Origin: Candidatus Altiarchaeota archaeon
Lineage (GTDB): Archaea > Altiarchaeota > Altiarchaeia > IMC4 > QMZM01
Reading direction: 5' to 3'
Length of the DNA: 64,000 bases
NCBI GenBank assembly: GCA_038891095.1
Contig: JAWAEV010000001.1
Location: forward strand, 196,468 to 260,467
Of the stretch, positions 46,830 through 57,600 are shown piece after piece (position 1 is the stretch's first letter; each line of letters starts with the position of its first letter). The position numbers and the translations under genes are program-made. The notes below the pieces were generated by a model that did not search any database, had not been told where the DNA came from, and saw nothing but the letters and a program-made list of their open reading frames with translations.

Positions 46830-49518
46830 TTTTCACTTTGTAAATTTTTGTTTCTATTGTATTATAAACTAAATCTGAAAATTCTAAAAATTTATCAAAA
46901 TTCTCAAGATAGTATTTTTCTCTTTCAAGATTTCCGGCATAAATATAAGAAATATTATACTTTTTTATTAAAGTTAAAATTTCTGTCATGTTTATTTCTT
47001 CTCCCTTCTCATTCTCTTTAACTTTATAGATTGAAATTTCATCAAAGAAAATCTCCCCTTTTGCCTTTCCCCAATTTGCTAAAACGCATGAGATCCAAAC
47101 TGAATTCTCTTGCTCAGGCAAAAAGAATGGAATTTCAACTTTTGTCCAGTAATTAGTTCCGAGCATAGGTACTGACTCAGATATAATATTGCCAGGGGCA
47201 TTATTAAGATCTTCTCTAACATGAATTTGTGCAACTTTTTCAACATCGCCAACTTTAGCAATGTTATTTGTTTTTATCCATGCTTCTAAGATATAACTAT
47301 TGCCCCCTTCAAGATAAATTTTCTGCCAGAAATTTGCATTTGCTCCTACAACTGAGGAAATCTTTATTGCAGTCATCTTTCCTTGTGAGATACCCTCCTC
47401 ATTTCTTGTCAAGAGAGCATCGCCTTCCCACTTTAATTCCTGCCAAGAGTCTGGAATTGAAATTTTTCCAGTTTTTGAGTAACTTCTGTATGAATAAATT
47501 TTGTTCACATCCTGTTTTCTCTTTGAAATTTCTTGTAATTGACTTGGCCTCCATTGTCTTTCATGCCCTTCCCAGCCAAGTAATGTTGGTAGTCCAGTAT
47601 TTGCTGAAACGCAAGATTCCCATCTGAAAGAGTCACCTGGTGCTTCCAAAATTATAGGATTTCCTCTAACATTTTTATTTAACCATTCAATAGCATAAAA
47701 ATCACAGAATTTCATTTGTTTAAGGTATTCCTTTCCATTTAAAGTTGCTATCTTGCCAAAAAATTCAAAATTATTCTTTACTTTTGTATATGTTGCAAGC
47801 GGTAAAAATAAAAGTGAGGAAAAAAGAAGAATTGCAAAAATTCCAAGCCAAATATACTTCTGGAAATTTAAATTTTTTAGAAAATTTTCTTTTAAGTATG
47901 AAAGAGCGTATGCTGCTGACAATGCCATTAAAATCCATATCTGCATTCCTATTTTAAAAACCGTGTTAACTCTTTCAAGACTACCTGTGAAAGCATCATC
48001 AATAAAGAAAAACTCAATTGCAAGAGCTAAAGAAAATGCAAAAATTGCAAGAATTAAAGAGAAAATTTTTTCCTTGTTCTCAAAATTTCTCAAAGTTAAG
48101 ATAAAAGAAAAAAGAGATAAGAAAATTAAAATTAATAAGAGAAAGATAAGGGCAAATGAGCTATGAAAGAAAAATGTCAATGTAGCTACCCCAAAAAATA
48201 TACTGAATATAAAAAGTTCTTTTATTGAAAATCCAAGAAAACTAAATTTATATTTAATATCAAAAATGAGAAAACTCAGAAGGATATAAATAAACAAGCC
48301 ATAGATTATAAGAAAATATTGCAACTCTGTTCTTTCTTTAACTATTGCTATTGGCCTTGCAGGGCTAAAACTAAGATAGTAAGGTAAGAAAAAGATAAAA
48401 GAAAACGCTATAATGGCTGAGGAAATAAAAATTGAATTTTTCAAAAATTCAAAATTTTTTCTTCTCTTTTTTTCTAAAGTTAAAAATTGCTGTGTTGCTA
48501 TTGAAAAAATTCCCAAAAGCAAGTAAGTTGGAAAATCCCATGAGTTAACAAATGAAAGGGCACCTAATGAAATTGAAAAAATTGAAAATGACAAAATTTT
48601 CTCCTCTGCTGTAATTCCGAATAAATTGAAATTTTTTCCCTTTGACAAGAAAAAGTTCAGAGTTAGCAATATCACAGCAATTGTAAATGGAATTGCAATG
48701 ACATGTGGATGTAAATCACCATGTAGAAAACTCCAATATGGAAATTCATTTATTGTTCCTGGGATTATGTAATGGGCTGAAGGCCAATAGTCAAAAGGCA
48801 AAATTTTTTCTTCAAGAAAAATTTGTATTATCGCTCTGAAATTTCCAACTATGCCAACAAGAAATAAGCCGAAAAAACCATATTTTATTTTTTTTGTTAG
48901 ATTATAAATCACACTAAATGATAGCAAGAGTGTCAATGAAAACAAAGTTGCTAATGCTAAATTAAAAGTTATTCCAGAATCTATCAAAGAAATTTTTGTC
49001 AAAGTTGCTATCATAAGGTAGCCAAAATAATAATACTGCAAGGGATAACCAGTAAACCACGGGTCGTTCAATGGAAATTTTTCAGTTCTTAATAAACCAT
49101 TTAGAATCATAAAATCCTGATATTTCTCTGCATCAAGAATTGAATTATCGTAATAACGAACAACTGTGAAAAACAAAAATGCCAAAAGGAAAATCAACTC
49201 ATAAGTCAGGAGAAGTTTTTTATTCTTTTTAAAAAATGCAAAAATTTCTAAAATATTTTTATTAAAAAAATAAATTGAAAGTAATGTTATGAAGAACAGT
49301 GATGTAAGTATAGTTACTATATTGTATAGAATAATTCCTTGACTAATGCTAACTGAAATCCATGTCAAATAGGTCACAAAAAGAATTGAAATTATTTTCG
49401 AGAGAGCATAACCTCTATCATGGAGATTTTTCGAAATTGTGAAGATTAATGGAAATGTTACCACGCCCAAAATTTCTAAAATGAAAAACCATATTGTAAC
49501 TGCTATGAAGTCGGACAT
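46819..49518 (-). CDS. DUF2298 (YYY) GT-C membrane protein with inserted carbohydrate-binding module
   Basis: EK..DF, DPWF.G...YYYFG, INEFP.WSFL.GDLHPH, NSWDFP, NTVFK, TGLPT.LGW.GHE. Confidence 0.82.
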   Translation of the reverse strand: MSDFIAVTIWFFILEILGVVTFPLIFTISKNLHDRGYALSKIISILFVTYLTWISVSISQGIILYNIVTILTSLFFITLLSIYFFNKNILEIFAFFKKNKKLLLTYELIFLLAFLFFTVVRYYDNSILDAEKYQDFMILNGLLRTEKFPLNDPWFTGYPLQYYYFGYLMIATLTKISLIDSGITFNLALATLFSLTLLLSFSVIYNLTKKIKYGFFGLFLVGIVGNFRAIIQIFLEEKILPFDYWPSAHYIIPGTINEFPYWSFLHGDLHPHVIAIPFTIAVILLTLNFFLSKGKNFNLFGITAEEKILSFSIFSISLGALSFVNSWDFPTYLLLGIFSIATQQFLTLEKKRRKNFEFLKNSIFISSAIIAFSFIFFLPYYLSFSPARPIAIVKERTELQYFLIIYGLFIYILLSFLIFDIKYKFSFLGFSIKELFIFSIFFGVATLTFFFHSSFALIFLLLILIFLSLFSFILTLRNFENKEKIFSLILAIFAFSLALAIEFFFIDDAFTGSLERVNTVFKIGMQIWILMALSAAYALSYLKENFLKNLNFQKYIWLGIFAILLFSSLLFLPLATYTKVKNNFEFFGKIATLNGKEYLKQMKFCDFYAIEWLNKNVRGNPIILEAPGDSFRWESCVSANTGLPTLLGWEGHERQWRPSQLQEISKRKQDVNKIYSYRSYSKTGKISIPDSWQELKWEGDALLTRNEEGISQGKMTAIKISSVVGANANFWQKIYLEGGNSYILEAWIKTNNIAKVGDVEKVAQIHVREDLNNAPGNIISESVPMLGTNYWTKVEIPFFLPEQENSVWISCVLANWGKAKGEIFFDEISIYKVKENEKGEEINMTEILTLIKKYNISYIYAGNLEREKYYLENFDKFLEFSDLVYNTIETKIYKVKNGI

Positions 49519-49606
49519 TTTTAGTAAGTATTTATCTTAATGTATAAAAAAAATAGTATTATAAAGACAAATTTACATTTGGATTTATATTTGGCTCACA
49601 TAAATT

Positions 49607-51574
49607 ATGAAAAGCAATAAGAAAAAATATGTTGTACTCCTTTTTGTTTTAACGCTCTATATTTTTGCACGCCTTATTGTTTTGTTTGGTTCAAGTTCAG
49701 ATAAACTATATTTCTGGGAGGAATGCCATAGGGGAACTATAGCAAAAGAGATAATTGAAGGCCAGATTTTCAATCTATTTGAATATCAATGGACTCCATA
49801 TGAGGGTGGTTCTCTCTTAGAGGGAATTTTAGCTGTTCCTTTCTTCTTAATCTTGGGTCAAACTGGTTTTTCACTAAAGTTAGTTGCTCTTGTTTTTTCA
49901 ATTGGTACATTAATAGTAACCTATTCGTTTCTCTATAAATTTTTCAATTTGAAATCAGCAGCTATTGCATCCTTACTACTGATTTTTTCCCCGCAGTATT
50001 ATACAGTAAGCACGCTCATAACACAGGGCAATTACGTTGAATCCATGTTTTTCAGTCTTTGTATTATGTATCTCTTTTACCAGATATTTTTTGATAAGAA
50101 AATCAGCTACAAATACTTCGCACTATTTGGTTTTTTATGTGGATTTGCTCTCTGGTTTCACTATATAAATCTGGTTATGATTACTCTCTGTATTCTCTTT
50201 TGGTTTATCTTTGACAAAATATTTTTCCTAAGAAAAAAGTTTCTTGTTTTTATTATTTTCTTCGCCATTGGTTTTAGTCCATTCATCTACTACGGAGCAA
50301 CTCACGAGTTTAAAAATTTAGATATGTTCAAACAGGGTATAACTGATCAAGGCATTAATCTAGAGAAAGTTACACAAGCATCTAAAAAATTTGAAAAGAT
50401 TGTTGTTCATGGTATCGTTGATTCACTATACTTTCCAAATTTTTTCTTTATAAATGGGAGATTCGTTTCACATTTTTACTACATGATATTCTTAGTTTCT
50501 GTTGGCTTTGTTTTTTGGATAAATAAAAAGTCTATAGTCCAAATTCTTTTGAGTTTGATACCTTTAAAGAGATTCCAAATTCTACCACAGAATGTTAGAA
50601 AAGAGTTATTCGTTCTTTCGTACTTTGTTTTATATATCTTAATTTACAGTTATAGCAGGTATGAATATTGCTGTCCCTATCGCGTTGATATTTTAGAGTG
50701 GGTTCCAGTGCATAAATATAAACTCCTGCTTTATCCTTTCATGTTTATCTTGCTTGCGATATTCACAGCAAAACTATATGAAAGCAAAATAGCATCCTAT
50801 AAAGTTCTGTCAGTTACGGTTTTGCTATCGTTTCTAGCAATTGGTTTTTACAGCAACTTGAGTCTTATTTCAATTGAAAAGCTAAGCAGTGCATATTATG
50901 TTAGACATGAAACATATGAACCTTATTGCTATGGAGGTTACGAGTATAGATTTTGGGGTGAAAACTGGAATTGGGAGCAGTCATGCAGTGACTTAAAGTA
51001 TGAGTATGAAAATTGTGCTATGATGGATGAAGAAAACCAAGTTTATTGCAATGAGGTAGTTACATGGGTTTTGAACTGGAGATGTAATTTCAATGCACTT
51101 CAAAAATTCCAAGAATGCAGAAACTCAAAAGAATGGAAAACTTCTTGCTTCAAAAATTTTGCCATGATTATTGGCTGGAGACATGGCTTAGAGCTAGATG
51201 AAGGTGTAAAAGTGTGTGGTAAGTTCGTTCCAGAGTACAGGGACTCTTGCTATCTTGGACTTGGATGGATTCAAGGATGGTTAAATTTAAAAAATCCGGA
51301 ACTTGCTCTAAAAGACATTAGTGGGACAGACAAAAGATCTGAAGAATTTTACAGAAGAGGAGTTGCAAATTTCTTAGGTTGGCGATATAAAACAGTTGAG
51401 AAATGCAAAAATTTGGATGCCAGTATAGTTGAGTATTGCCACGATGGCTTAAGCGAGAACTTTGCAGAAAATATTCCGAAATTGCTGTACATAGACCACG
51501 AAATATGCTACAAAATTCCTGAGGAATATCGGGACACTTGTCTTGAGTACAACAATCGAATTTTCACAAGATGA
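49607..51574 (+). CDS. GT-C/PMT-like membrane glycosyltransferase with Cys-rich C-terminal domain
   Basis: Many TM helices, WEE acidic loop after TM1, C-terminal repeated C..G.G.W helices. Confidence 0.6.
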   Translation: MKSNKKKYVVLLFVLTLYIFARLIVLFGSSSDKLYFWEECHRGTIAKEIIEGQIFNLFEYQWTPYEGGSLLEGILAVPFFLILGQTGFSLKLVALVFSIGTLIVTYSFLYKFFNLKSAAIASLLLIFSPQYYTVSTLITQGNYVESMFFSLCIMYLFYQIFFDKKISYKYFALFGFLCGFALWFHYINLVMITLCILFWFIFDKIFFLRKKFLVFIIFFAIGFSPFIYYGATHEFKNLDMFKQGITDQGINLEKVTQASKKFEKIVVHGIVDSLYFPNFFFINGRFVSHFYYMIFLVSVGFVFWINKKSIVQILLSLIPLKRFQILPQNVRKELFVLSYFVLYILIYSYSRYEYCCPYRVDILEWVPVHKYKLLLYPFMFILLAIFTAKLYESKIASYKVLSVTVLLSFLAIGFYSNLSLISIEKLSSAYYVRHETYEPYCYGGYEYRFWGENWNWEQSCSDLKYEYENCAMMDEENQVYCNEVVTWVLNWRCNFNALQKFQECRNSKEWKTSCFKNFAMIIGWRHGLELDEGVKVCGKFVPEYRDSCYLGLGWIQGWLNLKNPELALKDISGTDKRSEEFYRRGVANFLGWRYKTVEKCKNLDASIVEYCHDGLSENFAENIPKLLYIDHEICYKIPEEYRDTCLEYNNRIFTR

Positions 51575-52131
51575 AAAAAAGAAAGAAACTCAGACGGTTT
51601 AGTATAGAGACGTTACTTGCTGTCTTAATTTTAGTTTTGTCGATTTACCAAATTTGGTTGTTCTTTAAACCAGATTTGGAATTTGGTGAATGGAAGTACT
51701 GCATCGGGGAGAGAAGTGATTGTTATCCGGAAACAATCAATAACGCACATTGGATGCTTATCGAATTGCCATTCAGTAGGTATTATGTAGGCGATAAATT
51801 GTTTTTCAGAGGAACACTAATTGTTCCTGAAACGAATTATGCAAAATTCACTTTTTTTGTTGATGACTGCATCGAAAGAATTTATGTTAATGAACAAGAG
51901 GCTTTTTATTATCCATATTGTAGCTCATGCACTCACTGCAATGGAGTAGAAATTGACCTGTCAAGATTTGTGAAGCTTGGAAAGAATACAATTGCAATTG
52001 AGGTAAAAAATTTTAAAAACACGAGTACAGGTTTTGATGTAAAAAAAATTGAAGAAATATCGGGCTTGTGGGTGATAATAGCAATACTGATAGGAGTGCT
52101 TATGGCTATGAAACTTAGGAAGAAGAAATAA
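51571..52131 (+). CDS. Small two-TM protein with beta-sandwich (sugar-binding-like) domain
   Basis: VDD....YVN and G.N.IAIEV.N pattern, Cys cluster. Confidence 0.55.
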   Translation: MKKRKKLRRFSIETLLAVLILVLSIYQIWLFFKPDLEFGEWKYCIGERSDCYPETINNAHWMLIELPFSRYYVGDKLFFRGTLIVPETNYAKFTFFVDDCIERIYVNEQEAFYYPYCSSCTHCNGVEIDLSRFVKLGKNTIAIEVKNFKNTSTGFDVKKIEEISGLWVIIAILIGVLMAMKLRKKK

Positions 52132-54526
52132 CTCTATAAATCTGCACATCTTCATTATCATAAATCTTCTCATAAAATTCCGGAAATTTATCAAATTTTT
52201 CAAGACCTTCCTCTGAATATTCTTTTTTCTCAATTTTGTCTCCATGAATGAAAACTCCTTCATAATTTTTTTCTAGCTCGCCGATATAAATGTAGCTAAC
52301 ATTATATTTTCTTATTAAATTTAATGCCCTCTCGTTGTCTGTAGTATTGTAAATTTCATCAACTTCTTTAGAAATTTTTTCAATATTTTCGCGGGAAATA
52401 GCTAGATGTAATTCCATGTGATCTGACCATCCGAGCACAGTTGGCAATCCAGTAAAAACAGAAACTCGGGAAGTGTATTGATAATCCCTTCCTGGGACTT
52501 CTAAGACTATAGGGCTTCCTTTAATATTTTCATTCAACCATTTTATTGCTTCGAAATCTGCTTTATGTTCTCTCTCAAGCCAATCAGCTCCATTCAAAGT
52601 TAAAAATTCTCTCCCATAAGACGCTTTGAAAGAATTTGTTCTTTGAATTGTTGTCAATATTGGAAAAATTGCATATGAAAAAAATAGGAAACATACTATG
52701 AACAAAATTGCTAGATATTTCAAAGATAAAATTTTTTTTCCAAAATATGAGAGAATAAAAGCAGAAGAAATTCCCCAAAAAATGTAGATCTCACCATAGA
52801 TTTTATTCATGAAAACATAGCGACCTTCAACATTAATAACCTCTGTTATTAATGCTGTTAATGCACCAAAAAGAATTAATAAAAGTATAAATTTTACTTC
52901 AACCGAATTCTCTCTCAACAAAAAGAAAATTGAACTTGACACAATTGGAATTAAAATAGATAGTAATTGAAAATCATAGAGTAACGAATTGATAGAGAGT
53001 AGGACATTTATTGGATTATAAAACTGTTCAATTCTTGGAAAGAAACTCATGAAAACCGAAAAAACTAATGAAAGATATAGAAAAAGAGAAATTGAAAAAA
53101 GCACTTTCATTAATTTGCTTTCTTTTGCAAAAGAAGTATAAAAAAGATGTAATATAAAAGTAAAAATTAGAAAAACTTGTAATGAGAATATCAGCAAGAA
53201 ATGGTATAGAGAAGTCTTGAAAACTTCTATACGAATAGAATTTGCCGTACCACTATTAAGTAATGGATTTTTTTCATGTGGAAGGAGCTCAATAAATTCT
53301 CTAACTCTCACATCTTGGATATGTTGTAGAAGCTGAAACACTACTGGCGCATATAAAAGTAAACTAAAAATGACAATAAGAAAGGATATTAAAAAGGCCT
53401 GCAATACCATTGATAATCTTCTCCCTTCTGGGATATTCAACTCATGAAAAATAAAAGTTAAGAGAACCCAAAACGCTAAAAAAGGGAAATCGTATATGTT
53501 CGTTGGAAAAATAAAGCCGAGAATAAGACACAAAGAAAAAATATTAAGAATTTTTTCAAAAAAATTCTCTCCAAAAATTTTAAAACCAGAAAATTCAGAA
53601 GCGAAAATTTTAAGTAAGAAAATTAGTAACAAAATCCTCAAGGGAATTGCAAAAAAATGGCCATGTAAATCACCCCAAACAAAAGTCCAATATGGCATTT
53701 CATGTATAGCCCAAGGTATGATCCTTGAGGGGTGCCACCAATTGTAATCTCTTGCCTTCTGGAAGAAATCTCCATACACTGGAGGTTCATAAAATTTTAC
53801 ATAAACATTAAAATCCGGAAAAAAATAGTTCAACACCTGAAGAAAAGAAAAAAAATTCCCTGTAAAAGAAATTAGAAAGACAGCAATTATAGCACAAAAA
53901 GATTTTTTTGTTAAATTATATGATAAAGAAAAAGTAAGTAAGCATGTCAGAGCCATAATTGTTGCTAATGACAAATTGTATGAAAAAATTCCAGAAATTC
54001 CAGAGAATTTTGAAAGTACTCCGATCATTAAATGTCCAAAATAATAATAGTTCTCTAAGGAAACTTGAGAAAACCATGTATGCATTGGCGGTAATTTATC
54101 TGTTCTTATTATTGAGTTTAGATATGCTAAATCATAAAAAGTCTCACCACCCTTGATATCTGGAAAATATGACCTTATGAAAATAAATAGAAAAAATGAT
54201 GCTAAGAATACTACCTCACATTTAAATGCAATATCTTTGAATTCTTTTGAAATGAAAATTTGGAATAACCTGTGTCTTATTAGAATAAATGCAGATAATA
54301 AAAAAACAAGGGAGAATGATATTAAGATAGTATAAAAATTGAATGGGAGTAATTGAAATCTTGCAATAATGTAAGAGAGGTATGTAATCAGAATTATGCT
54401 AAATAATTTTGATGCTCCATAACCCTTATCATGGAGTTTATAAAACAAAAAAGTTGAAATTGGTAGAGTAACAAAACTTAGAACTTCTATAAGGAACAAC
54501 CATAATAGGATTAGTCCATATTCCAT
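52115..54526 (-). CDS. DUF2298 (YYY) GT-C membrane protein, second paralog
   Basis: NYYYFGH, HEMP.WTF.WGDLHGH, TGLPTVLGW. Confidence 0.82.
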   Translation of the reverse strand: MEYGLILLWLFLIEVLSFVTLPISTFLFYKLHDKGYGASKLFSIILITYLSYIIARFQLLPFNFYTILISFSLVFLLSAFILIRHRLFQIFISKEFKDIAFKCEVVFLASFFLFIFIRSYFPDIKGGETFYDLAYLNSIIRTDKLPPMHTWFSQVSLENYYYFGHLMIGVLSKFSGISGIFSYNLSLATIMALTCLLTFSLSYNLTKKSFCAIIAVFLISFTGNFFSFLQVLNYFFPDFNVYVKFYEPPVYGDFFQKARDYNWWHPSRIIPWAIHEMPYWTFVWGDLHGHFFAIPLRILLLIFLLKIFASEFSGFKIFGENFFEKILNIFSLCLILGFIFPTNIYDFPFLAFWVLLTFIFHELNIPEGRRLSMVLQAFLISFLIVIFSLLLYAPVVFQLLQHIQDVRVREFIELLPHEKNPLLNSGTANSIRIEVFKTSLYHFLLIFSLQVFLIFTFILHLFYTSFAKESKLMKVLFSISLFLYLSLVFSVFMSFFPRIEQFYNPINVLLSINSLLYDFQLLSILIPIVSSSIFFLLRENSVEVKFILLLILFGALTALITEVINVEGRYVFMNKIYGEIYIFWGISSAFILSYFGKKILSLKYLAILFIVCFLFFSYAIFPILTTIQRTNSFKASYGREFLTLNGADWLEREHKADFEAIKWLNENIKGSPIVLEVPGRDYQYTSRVSVFTGLPTVLGWSDHMELHLAISRENIEKISKEVDEIYNTTDNERALNLIRKYNVSYIYIGELEKNYEGVFIHGDKIEKKEYSEEGLEKFDKFPEFYEKIYDNEDVQIYRVISSS

Positions 54527-56733
54527 TCTTTTAATTTAGAAGAGAAAATTCTCTTCTCAGTATTTTTTAGAGGAGTTATATAAAAAACTAAAATTAAAAC
54601 TCCAATATAAGAGCATAAAGTTCCAAACCAATCAATTAATGTTCTTCCATAGTAAAGAACCACTTCTTCTTTCTCTGGGAATATTAGCATAAAAACAGGC
54701 GATGCCATATAAATTTTTTTTGCTCCTGAAACTTGCCAATTCGGGAAATATGAGATTTTTATCCATAGTGGTTTATTAATGCAAGAAGTTTTTATAGTAA
54801 CTTTCTCATTTTCAATTTTCTCCTGAATAGAACAATTTTCTTTTATTTCAATTTTTGGTATTTGGGAAAAATTGCCGTTAAAATTTTCAATTATATATTT
54901 AAAATTTTTTCTATCTTCTTCTGTTATATCTCTTGAAAAAACGACTGGCACTTCTATAGTATCAATATTCTTAAACCACTCATATGAAAGCTTTCTCCAA
55001 TTTTTTGTTTTTATTAGAACTGGCTCATATTTTGGCAGAACAACATAATTTCCTTGATGATTCATTAGCTCGTAAACTTCATATGTGTCAGGACCATAAA
55101 CCATTTTAAATTCTTTATCATCTCTGAGAGTTTTTTTGAATTCTGAAGTTGTTGCTATTAGATACTTAACATTAAAGAGAGCTAAATGTTTTTTTGCGTT
55201 TTCTAAGTTATATGATAAACAACCATTTGTTAAAAGGTATAAAGGACAAGGGCACTTACCAGGTAATGTGTACTCACATTCCATTGAATAAATTATTGGG
55301 TTATTAACACCACCTTGAAATTGTGTCCCTATTAAAGTTGGCTTTGAAAATACTGGCAATGCTTCCATTGCTCTTGATGAGCCTATCCCAGAATTATGCT
55401 GTGAATCTTCATATTCAAATTCAACTCTCCCAGGACCAGCTGTTGATAAAAATTCATTCATTCTTTGGAATGACTTCCATGATTGCTTAGCTTCAAAACC
55501 AGAATAATTCCATTGGATCCATGAGTGTATGTAGGTGACATTTGAGCTGACATAAATCCATACAGCAAGAAAAACTATTAAAGGCAGTAAAAATTTTGCT
55601 TTTGCAATTTTAGTTATTGGATAGAAACCAACAACGCTAAGAATGAAAAGTAAAATATAAATATATGGTAAAAATTTTACAACCATGAAATGGGAAAACA
55701 AATTTGAAAAGAAGGGTATTTCCAAAGTCGCAAGAATTGATGATGAGAAAAAGTATATATAAGCAATTAAGAGTGAAAATGTAAAGAAGTTAATTCTATC
55801 ATCCCCTCTTGTGATTCCAATATAAATCCCAAATAGCCCTAAAGCATAAAAAAGATACATTGACTTTGGGAATAGCATCTTCTCTATAACTTCTGGAATT
55901 TTTTCTATTAGCAGCCATTTATGTGGAGTTGAATATTCACTCTTAAAAACCATTGGAAAGAAATAAAAACCTGAGAGCATGAAAGCAAGAATGTAAAGAA
56001 AGATTAATTTTTTTAAATTTTTAAAAAATTCGTTTTTTGATTTTACAGACAATAAAAAGAATAGAGAACAAACAGCTGAAAAAACTGTTGTTATACCATG
56101 ACTCAAAACTATTAATGCAAAAACTACTGCTGGAGTAATAACACTTTTTCCCTCTTTAATGCTTCTCCAAAGTAGCCCAAAGAATAGAACCATAAGAGAA
56201 ATGCTAAAACCATAAGAGAACTCGCCCGCTAATGTCGATGGTATATTACCACCCCACATTGAATAATGCTCCAAAAAAAGATAAGGTAAAGTTATGATAG
56301 CTCCAAAAATTGGAATAGGAAAGCTAAATTTCATTAATCTTAGAGAAAAAAAGGTAAATAGAGGTAAGGTAAAAACCCCCAGCATTGTTACAATTTTGAA
56401 TGATACATAAAGCGGAATTATGTATGACAGCAAAGCAGAAATCACAAAAACCAAAGGAAAGTAAAATTGAAACATTGGAAACCCAGCAAACCATCCTGGA
56501 GCCCAACCAATAATTTTTCCATTTGGGATAAGATAAGTTGAGGCATAATGTGTCATGTAATAATAACCAACCATATCGCCACCAGTTGTGGTTTTGTTTG
56601 CAAACATTAAACTGGGTTTATAATAGCTAAGTAAAAAAATCCAGATAGCGATCATTATAAAAAAATTTACAAATTCATGAAGATAGGAAATTTCTTCATT
56701 TTCTTTTTTTCTGGCTTCCTTTCTTTTTTCCAT
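54511..56733 (-). CDS. PTPS-related/YfhO-like GT-C membrane protein
   Basis: TTGGDM, GW.PGWFAGFP.FQFYFP, GGNI.STLAGEFSY, KISYFPNW. Confidence 0.75.
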   Translation of the reverse strand: MEKRKEARKKENEEISYLHEFVNFFIMIAIWIFLLSYYKPSLMFANKTTTGGDMVGYYYMTHYASTYLIPNGKIIGWAPGWFAGFPMFQFYFPLVFVISALLSYIIPLYVSFKIVTMLGVFTLPLFTFFSLRLMKFSFPIPIFGAIITLPYLFLEHYSMWGGNIPSTLAGEFSYGFSISLMVLFFGLLWRSIKEGKSVITPAVVFALIVLSHGITTVFSAVCSLFFLLSVKSKNEFFKNLKKLIFLYILAFMLSGFYFFPMVFKSEYSTPHKWLLIEKIPEVIEKMLFPKSMYLFYALGLFGIYIGITRGDDRINFFTFSLLIAYIYFFSSSILATLEIPFFSNLFSHFMVVKFLPYIYILLFILSVVGFYPITKIAKAKFLLPLIVFLAVWIYVSSNVTYIHSWIQWNYSGFEAKQSWKSFQRMNEFLSTAGPGRVEFEYEDSQHNSGIGSSRAMEALPVFSKPTLIGTQFQGGVNNPIIYSMECEYTLPGKCPCPLYLLTNGCLSYNLENAKKHLALFNVKYLIATTSEFKKTLRDDKEFKMVYGPDTYEVYELMNHQGNYVVLPKYEPVLIKTKNWRKLSYEWFKNIDTIEVPVVFSRDITEEDRKNFKYIIENFNGNFSQIPKIEIKENCSIQEKIENEKVTIKTSCINKPLWIKISYFPNWQVSGAKKIYMASPVFMLIFPEKEEVVLYYGRTLIDWFGTLCSYIGVLILVFYITPLKNTEKRIFSSKLKEWNMD

Positions 56734-57565
56734 TTTCTTTTTTAAATTGATATAACACAAAAAGTGCTATTAAAATTACTAATATAGCTCCAGGAATAGA
56801 AATAAAATTGGATATCTTCGAGATTTGTAGAAACTCAAAATCTTTTTCTTTTTTCTCAACAACTTTCACAACTCCTGAGGATAGAGATGAAAAATGCATT
56901 GAATCTTCATACTCAACCGCTGCAAAAACAACATAAGTGCTTCCAGGCAATGCTCCAAAAGATGAAATTTTGAATGTTTGCTCTTTTTCTTCTTTTGGAT
57001 TAATGAAAATTTCTGCTTCCTCAACATCTGCTTTCAATTCCTTTGGAAGAAAGAGTCTAACTTTAGTATTATGTCCCCTTGCATCAGTATTCCTTATCTT
57101 TAGTTTTAATTCTTTCTCTTCATCCAAAGAAATTTCTATCTTTTCGATCATACTGAAAATTTTTGAGATTGCTCTTTCTCTTAGGAAGAGTGATGTTCCT
57201 GATACTGAAGAAAAACCATAACCATTTGCATCTTTATATTCTGTTAAGAGGATTACAGGATACTCACCAGGAAGAACTGCATTTTGTATTCTTAAATTTA
57301 TATTCCCATTATATGGCACATTCGGAGCTAAATCTCCTAAAAAAAACGCATCTGAATTAAAACCATCAATTTGCATTAGAGAAATTACTACATCATAGGC
57401 AGTTTCATCACCAAAATTTGTAATTTTCACTGAGATATCTGTTTCATTACCATGAACTAAATTCTCGGTTAAAATTTGTGTTGAGAGGGATATAAAACTT
57501 GCATTTGCTGAGAAAGTTATAGCAAGACTGCTTAAAATCAAAATAAATATCTTAAATTTTATCAT
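56696..57565 (-). CDS. Secreted Ig-like (CARDB/S-layer-type) protein with C-terminal TM
   Basis: Signal peptide, N.GDE.A, PGEY..Y.D.NG, two beta domains, TM plus basic tail. Confidence 0.65.
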   Translation of the reverse strand: MIKFKIFILILSSLAITFSANASFISLSTQILTENLVHGNETDISVKITNFGDETAYDVVISLMQIDGFNSDAFFLGDLAPNVPYNGNINLRIQNAVLPGEYPVILLTEYKDANGYGFSSVSGTSLFLRERAISKIFSMIEKIEISLDEEKELKLKIRNTDARGHNTKVRLFLPKELKADVEEAEIFINPKEEKEQTFKISSFGALPGSTYVVFAAVEYEDSMHFSSLSSGVVKVVEKKEKDFEFLQISKISNFISIPGAILVILIALFVLYQFKKENGKKKGSQKKRK

Positions 57566-57600
57566 TTTTTAAGATATATTACAAGGAAACTAAAAATATT

